Origin: Candidatus Babelota bacterium
GTDB taxonomy: Bacteria; Babelota; Babeliae; Babelales; Vermiphilaceae
Length of the DNA: 32,000 bases
NCBI GenBank assembly: GCA_039809905.1
Contig: JBDHVY010000001.1
Coordinates: 810,001-842,000 of the forward strand
Reading direction: 5' to 3'
The notes beneath the pieces were generated by a model. That model worked only from the letters and a program-made list of their open reading frames with translations, was not told where the DNA came from and did not search any database. This document shows positions 17,801 through 25,545 of this stretch, one piece after another. Position numbers and translations under genes: made by a program. Positions within the stretch are counted from its first letter, which is position 1. Every line of letters begins with the position of its first letter.

Positions 17801-18577
17801 TTAGAGATATTTTTTTGCGTTCCTTTTTAATCTTTTAATTTTTGATGGTTTGCTTTTTGGATCGTGTATAATAGGCGTTGGCTCAACTTTTGGGTTGATG
17901 ATAGCAGATATACCATTGTTTTTAAGGAGTATATCTGCAATATTATTATCTTGAGAGAAATTATTATTTTGCACTGCTATATTAAAGCAATTGATAATTT
18001 CTTCTGGTTGTTGATTAATAAGCCTTGCAGTTTCTTCTTTCTTTGAAAGGGCAAACCTTACCACTTCGGCATCATTGCTCATACATGCCCATAATAAGTC
18101 ACTGGGTAAACCAAAAACACCAGTAGTTATTTTTTTTTGCAAAAAACCATTGTGTTGCAACAATGCAACTGTTCTTTTATCATTATTTTTTTTAGCTATA
18201 AATTGAGGATTGATATGATATTCTTGGGAGTTTATCTTCATATAACAAGAAAATTGTTGATCTTCTCTAAAGTTTAAAAGCCATTCCATGACGTTATTAC
18301 TTTCTGAACGACTAACAGGCGCATAATGTAAGGCTGCAAGGAAAGCGCAATTTGTTTGTTCTTTTGTGGTATATTTATGTAGTTTTTCAGGCATTGGTGT
18401 TTTCAGCCAAAGAGATTTATCAGCAGCTCTCAGATTACGTTTGTCTTGTTGGGTAAGTGTTGTGCCAAAAAAGCCAAATGTTTTTTGTGTATGAGTTAAT
18501 TTCTTAGGTGCATCCATTGTGTAGCACGGTGATATATTGACTAAAAGGCAAGCAATTATATAGATGTGTTTATGCAT
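17801..18577 (-). CDS. Hypothetical secreted protein with degenerate ankyrin-like repeats
   Basis: 258 aa. Signal-like N-terminus (IYIIACLLVNISPCYT). ANK-like segments are INPQFIAKKNNDKRTVALLQHNG and LLWACMSNDAEVVRFALSK. The repeat assignment is weak. Confidence 0.45.
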   Translation of the reverse strand: MHKHIYIIACLLVNISPCYTMDAPKKLTHTQKTFGFFGTTLTQQDKRNLRAADKSLWLKTPMPEKLHKYTTKEQTNCAFLAALHYAPVSRSESNNVMEWLLNFREDQQFSCYMKINSQEYHINPQFIAKKNNDKRTVALLQHNGFLQKKITTGVFGLPSDLLWACMSNDAEVVRFALSKKEETARLINQQPEEIINCFNIAVQNNNFSQDNNIADILLKNNGISAIINPKVEPTPIIHDPKSKPSKIKRLKRNAKKYL

Positions 18578-18652
18578 AAAAACTTTCTTTATTTAAAAAT
18601 GTTTTCTTATTGCATTATGACACAGTTAAAATTATATGCAAGTTATGCGTGA

Positions 18653-19753
18653 TTAGATTGGATCAAGCAGACGTGATTGTTCTATTATTATATGTATTAT
18701 CTCTTTTGGTAAAAAAAGATGAGGATAATTTTGGAGTGCCCAGTAGAAGAATAGAAAGGGCTGAACAGGTGTTCTTCTTATAAGAAAAGTATTATTTAAA
18801 AGCAATCCAAAATATCTATTGCATGAAGATATATCACTAATTTTTTTGAAGTTATCAGAGCTACAAAATTTATGAGAATGCAATGAGTGTTTTGTTACAA
18901 GAGATTTATGCTTGAGATTATAAAAATACACATCATTGTCAAAAACAACCATTATCATTGTTGTATAAGGAACAAAATTAAAAGCATGACATTTGTCAGA
19001 AAAAGGCAGGATCTCTGTATGTTTAGTTTGAGGATTATATACAAAAATTTCATGCTTATCAGTGAGTAACCCTATTAATTCACCATCAGGGCTATATTTT
19101 ATGCAAGCAATAGAACTTTGTTCTGGCATGCGAGGATAAAGGCAATCAGTGGCGTGTTGACGATTCAAAGATTTTAACGATAGACCTGTATTACTACTGG
19201 GATACAAAATAGTTGGAATTTTAGGATGGCAATCCAGAGTGAAAACGATATTGTTACCCGTTACGGGAAGTTCTATGGAGGGTTTTTTATTAGAGATGAG
19301 TTGCCCTTTACAATACAAAAAAATGGAATCATCATGACCGAATGCGGCTGAGTAAGTAAGTATATTTTCCTGCTTTTTGTTTGTATCAGGGATTTCATAT
19401 GACCAAAGTTGTTGTTTTGTTGTGACATCATGAGCAAAAAAGGTCATATTGCTATTGTTTTCGGCAAAGGTACCAATTTTTTTTTTATCAGAATTGATAG
19501 TAATGTTATAAGTAGGATAATCATGGAGCTGTTCTATTGTGTAGTTTTCTGTAACAGGATAATGTATAAAAAAACAGCCCGAATCACCGCCAAGCGCTAA
19601 CATCTCTTTTTTTCCATTATTTACGAATGCGATAGATGTTATAGTTTTTATTTCATTAATATCAACTTTTAGAATTTCTGAATTCATTCCTAACAAAGTT
19701 ATCGAGTTAAGAAAGCAATAAATTGTAATCGATATGCAAGAAAAACTACGCAT
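18653..19753 (-). CDS. Secreted beta-propeller-like (WD40-like) protein, paralog 1
   Basis: I prefer the internal ATG at 19753 (MRSFSCISITIYCFLNSITLLG). It gives a signal peptide and removes the overlap with the divergent gene. Strand-rich repeats include ITSIAFVNNGKKEMLALGGDSGCFFIHY and IACIKYSPDGELIGLLTDKHEIFVYN. Paralogous to 21916..22959. Confidence 0.55.
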   Translation of the reverse strand: MRSFSCISITIYCFLNSITLLGMNSEILKVDINEIKTITSIAFVNNGKKEMLALGGDSGCFFIHYPVTENYTIEQLHDYPTYNITINSDKKKIGTFAENNSNMTFFAHDVTTKQQLWSYEIPDTNKKQENILTYSAAFGHDDSIFLYCKGQLISNKKPSIELPVTGNNIVFTLDCHPKIPTILYPSSNTGLSLKSLNRQHATDCLYPRMPEQSSIACIKYSPDGELIGLLTDKHEIFVYNPQTKHTEILPFSDKCHAFNFVPYTTMIMVVFDNDVYFYNLKHKSLVTKHSLHSHKFCSSDNFKKISDISSCNRYFGLLLNNTFLIRRTPVQPFLFFYWALQNYPHLFLPKEIIHIIIEQSRLLDPI

Positions 19754-19879
19754 AGTTTTGCCTTTTCTTTTTATTTTTGAAACAGAATATTTGCTATTGT
19801 GGCGTATCCTAGCATATTTGCATATGATGTCCAATTTATTTATTATGAGCCAAAAACAACTCAAAGGAACGTAAAAATC

Positions 19880-21157
19880 ATGACCAATCTTATATGCGAA
19901 ATTCTCATAATAGGTGCAGGATTAGCTGGGTTAGCTGCAGGATATGAGCTTTCATTACAGGGGTATGATATAAAAATAATAGAAGCAACAAATCGAATTG
20001 GAGGTAGAGTATCGACGTGTCATTTTTCTGATGGTATACATTTTGAAGAAGGGCCTTTTTCTTTTGGTAATGGTGAGCAACCTTTATGGAGATATATTCA
20101 ACAATTTAATCTACCCGTTATAGAGCACACACCGATGCAGAGGAAATTTTGTTTCAAGGATTATGTAGGTACTACTGATCAAAAAGCGTTCTTTCTCCAA
20201 GCAGAAGAAAAAGAAGTTATTTTATATGAACTTTTTGATCATTTTAGACCAAAACTACAAAAAATTACCGAAGATATGCCTTTTGATGAAGCATTAAAAT
20301 TGATAGGAGCTTCTGCTAACGCTATCGAATGGCTACAAACTATGACATTATTTGGTTTGCTTGGTAATGGATTTCAACAACTTTCCACAAAATTCGCTTT
20401 ATCTTTTATGAAACAATATGATAATTCTACTTCGTTTTATGCTTTGCAAGGAGGAAATGATCAATTACCACAAGCGTTTGCTAAACCTATGAAAAAGGAT
20501 ATTTTTTTTGATTGCCGTGTCAATAAAGTTGAGCAATTGCATGATACATGTCTTGTGACAGGATCAACATGTACCATTGAGACCAAAAGAGTAATATTTG
20601 CTATTCCATTATCTGAACTAAGTAAAATTGATATTAGTCCTGCTTTATCAATACAAAAACAACAAGCAATTGCAGAAGTTTTTTATACACCATGTGCGCG
20701 TCTTTCTATTGTTGGGTTACCTAATATATTGAGTAATATACCTCAAGCAGGAGTATTTTTATTTTCTGATCAGTTAGGTTGGGTTAGAGATCAATCAGCT
20801 TTTCAATATAATGTTGGAAAAAAAACGGTGATTAATGCGAGTGTTACGGCAGACAAGGCATATAGCTTGGCATCATGTAATCAACAATGGAAAAAAGATT
20901 TGAATGATCTTTTATATAGAACCTATGATCATTGGAGTGCAGATGGAGCACAATATTGTGTTAGTTTTCTCAAAGAAGGATATTCATCTTTTTCAGTTAA
21001 CGCATATCAACAACGAGAATATCTCAGCCAGCCTGAGGGCAATTTCTATTTTGCAGGTGAGCATACAGATGAAAGTTGTGCTTCAATGAATGCCGCAATA
21101 AAATCAGGAATTCGAGCAGCTCAAGAAGTGTTATCTTCTTTGCCGAAAGCACGATAG
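19880..21157 (+). CDS. Flavin-containing amine oxidase family protein
   Basis: I prefer ATG 19880 (AAAGGAA upstream) over the track GTG at 19799. N-terminal Rossmann fold ILIIGAGLAGLAAGYEL...IIEATNRIGGRV and a C-terminal FYFAGEHTD motif typical of the amine oxidase family. Confidence 0.8.
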   Translation: MTNLICEILIIGAGLAGLAAGYELSLQGYDIKIIEATNRIGGRVSTCHFSDGIHFEEGPFSFGNGEQPLWRYIQQFNLPVIEHTPMQRKFCFKDYVGTTDQKAFFLQAEEKEVILYELFDHFRPKLQKITEDMPFDEALKLIGASANAIEWLQTMTLFGLLGNGFQQLSTKFALSFMKQYDNSTSFYALQGGNDQLPQAFAKPMKKDIFFDCRVNKVEQLHDTCLVTGSTCTIETKRVIFAIPLSELSKIDISPALSIQKQQAIAEVFYTPCARLSIVGLPNILSNIPQAGVFLFSDQLGWVRDQSAFQYNVGKKTVINASVTADKAYSLASCNQQWKKDLNDLLYRTYDHWSADGAQYCVSFLKEGYSSFSVNAYQQREYLSQPEGNFYFAGEHTDESCASMNAAIKSGIRAAQEVLSSLPKAR

Positions 21158-21910
21158 TGCTATCATTAAAAACATAGCTCCTGCTATAATTCCAACAGCT
21201 ACTACTTGGTGAAATGATAAAAATTTACTGACCATAAAACGTTCTGCACGCCAGAAATCGGTTATAAATCGTTCAACTGCAGCGAGTATCAAATATGCTG
21301 CAAAAAGCTGTCCTGTTTTTTTAAAAACATGTTGTCCTATAAAATACATAAAAAGAAAAATCATGAAAAGAATTGCAGAGCTATATAGTTGTGTGGGATG
21401 AATGGCAATGCCATAGGGAGCCAATGTAGCGGTATTGGTATACATAATACTGAAGATACTGTGTATTGGGATACCATAACAACATCCAGCAGTAAAGCAG
21501 CCTAACCGTGCAATTGCTTGAAGTAATGGTGCATAAATTGCAACAAGATCACAGGTAGGCAAAACAGGAATAGCGATTTTTTTAAGATATAACGGAACAA
21601 TTGTAGTAATGCCTATAATTGCGCCTAATGCTGAAAATCCTCCTTGCCACAGTGCAAAAAAATCATACCAATGGGTATAAATATGTGGTTCAGGTATAAC
21701 TTCTAATACTCGTGCTCCAAAACATCCTGCAAGAATACTCACTATAATGATATTTACATAAACAGGTTCAAGCTTTAGTTCTGCAAAACGTTTGTTTTTA
21801 CGTAAAGCCCATACTGTGATGATAATAGCAAGCATGATAAAAAGACCATAGGCTTGTATGCCAAATGGTCCATAAATATGAATAAGTTCTGGAGAAAAAT
21901 TAATTTCCAT
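21131..21910 (-). CDS. lgt: Prolipoprotein diacylglyceryl transferase
   Basis: 259 aa polytopic protein whose blocks are collinear with Lgt: YGLFIMLAIIITVW, WQGGFSALGAIIG, ARLGCFTAGCCYG, HPTQLYS, ERFITDFWR. Its 3' end overlaps the amine oxidase 3' end by 27 nt. Confidence 0.88.
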   Translation of the reverse strand: MEINFSPELIHIYGPFGIQAYGLFIMLAIIITVWALRKNKRFAELKLEPVYVNIIIVSILAGCFGARVLEVIPEPHIYTHWYDFFALWQGGFSALGAIIGITTIVPLYLKKIAIPVLPTCDLVAIYAPLLQAIARLGCFTAGCCYGIPIHSIFSIMYTNTATLAPYGIAIHPTQLYSSAILFMIFLFMYFIGQHVFKKTGQLFAAYLILAAVERFITDFWRAERFMVSKFLSFHQVVAVGIIAGAMFLMIALSCFRQRR

Positions 21911-21915
21911 GCGGT

Positions 21916-22959
21916 TTATTTTTTTGCGATGTTTTCATTCATTACTTTTTCAGGAACAGGCAATAAAAGAACAGTTTCATCTCCTAAAATGGCGATTGTT
22001 TTATCATCAGGAGAAAATGTTAGTCGTCTTGTGTATCCTGCTGGTTCTAGATTTGTTTTTCCAAGAGGTAAATTGCTTGTCTCAATAATAAGAGCGCCTT
22101 GTTCATTAATATTATAGTAAGCAAGAGAAGGACCTTGTCCATCAAGAGCCTGTAGATTAAGGATTGCCAAATGACCGTTAACGTGAAAGCTTATAGATAA
22201 TGGTATTATAAGACCTTTACTGCCAATATAATAAAAGGAATTATCTTGAACATTCCAAATAATAGGATTTTTGCTCATATCTGCTATGGCAATATGAGTT
22301 CCATCTCGGCTATACAGAGCTTCGTTAACATAGAGCGCCATTGCTTCAGATAGTGTCTGAGGTTTAATAGGATCGGTTAATACTGCCATTGATGGTTCTT
22401 GCTTACTACTAAGATAAGCGATTTTTACCGAAGCATTATCTTCTTTATGGCATGATAACAAAGCTGTTTGATTCCAGTTAGGCTTACAACAATCGAGAGA
22501 ATATTTTTGTTGTGTCTGCGTATCATAATCCAATAATAATATTTTTTGTTGTTCTACATCCAGAGCAATGATTGTGGTTTTTTTGCCGAAAACAGCAGAA
22601 ATATTTTTAGTTGGGATGTCATTATTTTCCCACATTATTGCACTATCTTCTGGATTATATACAAACAATTTACGTGCATTGCTAATGAGGCATAGTTTTT
22701 TGTTTTTATCGGTATCGATGGTGAATACAGGCTCGAAATCAATATTTTTTTCCGACTCCAGGCTGTCACAGGTGGGGTTTAGATTTAACTGCCAACAACC
22801 TCCTTTTCCTCCAACAAGAATGTTGTTTTTTGTTGGATATGAAATTGCAGAAATTATTCCTATCTGTTGAGGTAAAGGAATAGAAACCAACTGTTGTTCA
22901 GCAGCTGAACATGAGAGGAATAGAGTAGAAATTGATATGATAAGATATGTGTGCTTCAT
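21916..22959 (-). CDS. Secreted or lipoprotein beta-propeller-like (WD40-like) protein, paralog 2
   Basis: 347 aa. Signal ending LFLSCSAAEQ (possible lipobox Cys). Repeats include ISAISYPTKNNILVGGKGGCWQLNL, YSRDGTHIAIADMSKNPIIWNV and LTFSPDDKTIAILGDE. It ends 5 nt upstream of the lgt start. Confidence 0.55.
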   Translation of the reverse strand: MKHTYLIISISTLFLSCSAAEQQLVSIPLPQQIGIISAISYPTKNNILVGGKGGCWQLNLNPTCDSLESEKNIDFEPVFTIDTDKNKKLCLISNARKLFVYNPEDSAIMWENNDIPTKNISAVFGKKTTIIALDVEQQKILLLDYDTQTQQKYSLDCCKPNWNQTALLSCHKEDNASVKIAYLSSKQEPSMAVLTDPIKPQTLSEAMALYVNEALYSRDGTHIAIADMSKNPIIWNVQDNSFYYIGSKGLIIPLSISFHVNGHLAILNLQALDGQGPSLAYYNINEQGALIIETSNLPLGKTNLEPAGYTRRLTFSPDDKTIAILGDETVLLLPVPEKVMNENIAKK

Positions 22960-23004
22960 AAAAATACTTTCATCCTTTTTTTATACAACTTTTATTCCCA
23001 ATGC

Positions 23005-23047
23005 TTCACTCTGTTTCACGCGGGGACCCCGAGTGAAACAGAGTGAA
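23005..23047. repeat. GC-rich palindromic intergenic element, copy B: perfect 15-bp inverted repeat around GGGGACCCC
   Basis: TTCACTCTGTTTCAC (23005..23019), GCGGGGACCCCGA, then GTGAAACAGAGTGAA (23033..23047). It directly abuts the stop codon of the 23048..23548 gene and could act as its terminator hairpin, although no U-tract follows. Confidence 0.7.
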
Positions 23048-23548
23048 TTATACAATTTCTTTAATTGCTTTACCATTATTAATAATCACTCTCCAATCAT
23101 CCTTCCAGTTGAAAGTGATGTGAACTTGAGTGATATTTTCATTGAGTTCATATGATATTTTTCTACCACCACTCTTCATACCATTCATGAATGAATAGGT
23201 ATATCCAATTTCAACTGTCTTTGAAGATGCAGGAAGTTCGCATGTCTCACCCGATTTAATTTCCGCTCCATTTATAGAAATGGCAAATTGTTCCGGACTA
23301 TACTTGCCGGTCCAGTGTTTATATTCAAGCATGCTGGGCTGAATTGAATTAGTTATTGTAATAGGTAATGCTTCTGGGGTGGCAATTGTTTCAGTAGTTT
23401 CTGAAATTTGATCGATCGTAGCTTCATTTTCGTTTTGATTCAGAACGGCAACAATTTCTTGAAGTGCTGCGCTTTCAGTTGGCGTTAAATCTAATGTTGG
23501 AACTTCTGGACACGTAGCAGCTGCAAGTAAAAATAAATAGGTCAACAT
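23048..23548 (-). CDS. Hypothetical small secreted protein or lipoprotein
   Basis: 166 aa. N-terminus MLTYLFLLAAATCPEV, a Thr/Glu-rich linker and a beta-rich C-terminal half. It is flanked on both sides by GGGGACCCC elements. Confidence 0.55.
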   Translation of the reverse strand: MLTYLFLLAAATCPEVPTLDLTPTESAALQEIVAVLNQNENEATIDQISETTETIATPEALPITITNSIQPSMLEYKHWTGKYSPEQFAISINGAEIKSGETCELPASSKTVEIGYTYSFMNGMKSGGRKISYELNENITQVHITFNWKDDWRVIINNGKAIKEIV

Positions 23549-23575
23549 TACTCAAATCCTTTGTGCTCTTTTTAG

Positions 23576-23609
23576 CCCCATGCTCATTTCATTTCACACG
23601 GGGACCCCA
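23576..23609. repeat. GC-rich palindromic intergenic element, copy C
   Basis: CCCCATGCTCATTTCATTTCACACGGGGACCCCA. It shares CCCCAT, TCATTTCATT and GGGGACCCCA with copy A, and TTTCAC-N-CGGGGACCCC with copy B. It lies between the mnmG stop and the start of the 166-aa gene. Confidence 0.6.
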
Positions 23610-23633
23610 TATTAAGAGCGTTTTTGTATTATC

Positions 23634-25448
23634 TTATTGGGTTACCTTAACGCTTTTTTCTTTAACTCTAAAAATCAATAGTGATAATGCTGCAGGAGTC
23701 ATTCCAGGAATTAATGCAGCATGTGCAATAGTAATGGGCTGATGCTTTGTTAGTTTTTGCTGCAGTTCTTTTGATAACCCTGGCATATCAAAATAATTGA
23801 ATTTTGCAGGAATTGCCAGCTCTTTAAAATGTGCTGTTTTTTTAATTTCTTGTTTTTCACGCGCAATATAAGGTTCGTAGCGTATTTCTGAATGCACGAT
23901 TTGCAGAGCGCGTTCTGATAATGGTGTGGTGATATATTCTAAAAGTTTATTTTTATCACATTCATCTTGCCCGAACATACGCAAAAGATCAGTGCTGCTT
24001 TTTTGAGCTCGTATTTCTGCTAATGCTTTTTCAACGCTTATTTTTTCTGCAATAAAATCATTATATAACTCTTGATCAATCATGCCGAGATTATAGGCTT
24101 TTTCTGTTAAGCGCATAAAAGTATTATCTTGGCGTAATAATAATCTGCGTTCAGCGCGCGAGGTAAACATGCGATATGGTTCATCAACGCTCATGCTGAT
24201 CAAATCATCAATCATAACACCGATATAGCTTTCAGCACGATCTAAAATAAATGGTTCTTTATTGCAAGCTTTTTGATGAGCATTAATACCGGCAACAATT
24301 CCTTGTCCTGCTGCTTCTTCATATCCTGTTGTTCCATTAATTTGTCCCGCTAAGAATAAGCCTGGAATAGTTATAACCTCAAGCGTTGCTTTAAGTTGAT
24401 TTGGATATACAAAATCATATTCAACTGCATAGCCAGCTTTGGTTATTATCGCATTCTCAAAGCCCGCAATTGTTCTAATATATTGTTCTTGCACATCAAG
24501 TGGCAGAGATGTAGAAATACCGTTTGGGTAAATTTCATCAGAATCAGCCCCTTCTGGTTCTACAAACACATGATGGGAGCTTTTTGCAGCAAATCGATGA
24601 ATTTTATCTTCAATAGATGGACAATATCGTGGCCCGATACCAGCAATGTTGCCATTATACATAGCAGAACGGTGTAAGTTGTTTTTAATTACTGCATGCG
24701 TGTTTTCATTGGTATGAGTTATATAACATGCATGGGAACTATCTACTTTTATAGGATGAAATTCAAATAAATAGTTTAATTGATCCGGTTCTTGATATTC
24801 CATTTTAGAGAAATCAAGACTTGATTTAAGCAAACGTGGAGGAGTTCCCGTTTTAAGTCGCCCAAGACGTAATCCAGCACGTTTTAAAAAGGAAGAAATG
24901 CCGGTCACTGCTTTTTCATCGCGTCGCCCTGCAGAAAAGTTTTTTTCACCAATGTGGCATAAGCCATTTAAAAATGTGCCAGTGGTTAAAATGGCAGTGG
25001 CAGTAGTAAATGTTTCAGAATCGGTTTTTACGGCGCAAACTGTACCGTTTTCATCAAGAATAATATCTTCAACGGTTCCTGCATGGATAGTTAAATTGGA
25101 AACCTTTTTTAATTCTTGCTGGCTTAACTTGCTATAGGCAAATTTATCGATTTGAAGACGTAATCCCTGAACAGCAGAGCCTTTTTTTGTATTGAGCATA
25201 CGAGCTTGCAAATAAGTTGTGCTGCATAAACGAGGCATAAGGCCGCCAAGAGCGCTTATTTCATAGACAATATGGCCTTTTCCTACGCCGCCTATGGCAG
25301 GATTGCACGGCATGGTGCCAATTTTATTGGGATCAAGGGAAATAAGAAGCGTTTTGGATCCAAGCTTTGCAGCAGCATGAGCTGCTTCTATGCCTGCGTG
25401 TCCGCCGCCAACCACTATAACATCAAAATCGTAATTTCTTGAATTCAT
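23634..25448 (-). CDS. mnmG: tRNA uridine 5-carboxymethylaminomethyl modification enzyme MnmG (GidA)
   Basis: 604 aa. N-terminal FAD fold YDFDVIVVGGGHAGIEAAHAAAKLG, with PCNPAIGGVGKGHIVYEI, GPRYCPSIEDK and LFLAGQINGTTGYEEAAGQG motifs. Confidence 0.95.
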   Translation of the reverse strand: MNSRNYDFDVIVVGGGHAGIEAAHAAAKLGSKTLLISLDPNKIGTMPCNPAIGGVGKGHIVYEISALGGLMPRLCSTTYLQARMLNTKKGSAVQGLRLQIDKFAYSKLSQQELKKVSNLTIHAGTVEDIILDENGTVCAVKTDSETFTTATAILTTGTFLNGLCHIGEKNFSAGRRDEKAVTGISSFLKRAGLRLGRLKTGTPPRLLKSSLDFSKMEYQEPDQLNYLFEFHPIKVDSSHACYITHTNENTHAVIKNNLHRSAMYNGNIAGIGPRYCPSIEDKIHRFAAKSSHHVFVEPEGADSDEIYPNGISTSLPLDVQEQYIRTIAGFENAIITKAGYAVEYDFVYPNQLKATLEVITIPGLFLAGQINGTTGYEEAAGQGIVAGINAHQKACNKEPFILDRAESYIGVMIDDLISMSVDEPYRMFTSRAERRLLLRQDNTFMRLTEKAYNLGMIDQELYNDFIAEKISVEKALAEIRAQKSSTDLLRMFGQDECDKNKLLEYITTPLSERALQIVHSEIRYEPYIAREKQEIKKTAHFKELAIPAKFNYFDMPGLSKELQQKLTKHQPITIAHAALIPGMTPAALSLLIFRVKEKSVKVTQ

Positions 25449-25461
25449 GCGTTTTCTGCCA

Positions 25462-25545
25462 AAAAAGTGTACATTTGAAAGTTTTTTCTTACACTATTTT
25501 AGTGTATCTTATTGGTTTTTTATCTGCAAGGGGCGGAAATACATC
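25462..25545 (+). promoter_or_regulatory. Conserved upstream region of F-box/ANK paralog 1 (candidate promoter plus inverted repeat)
   Basis: The 44-nt core GTGTACATTTGAAAG...TATCTT (25467..25510) matches 27153..27196 at 39 of 44 positions, at a constant offset of 1686 nt. It contains the palindrome TGTACA, TTGAAA (25475..25480), a conserved TTTAGT 17 nt later, and the inverted repeat TACACT-N5-AGTGTA (25490..25506). Confidence 0.5.

Noticed and set aside
19754-19879. Long N-terminal extensions of the two divergent genes (minus ORF to 19864, plus ORF from GTG 19799) that would overlap each other
   Set aside because: Internal ATGs at 19753 and 19880 give a signal peptide and an immediate Rossmann fold respectively. 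ATG 19880 also has a plausible RBS (AAAGGAA) upstream. Both choices remove the overlap.
21131-21157. 27-nt convergent overlap of the amine oxidase and lgt 3' ends as a possible regulatory antisense arrangement
   Set aside because: Short tail-to-tail overlaps are common in compact genomes, and both C-terminal tails are unconserved-looking. There is no structural evidence of regulation.
25447-25545. Track start giving a 33-residue N-terminal extension on F-box/ANK paralog 1
   Set aside because: The extension covers the conserved non-coding upstream block shared with paralog 2, where the same block is not in frame. It would also overlap the divergent mnmG start. ATG 25546 aligns with the paralog 2 start.
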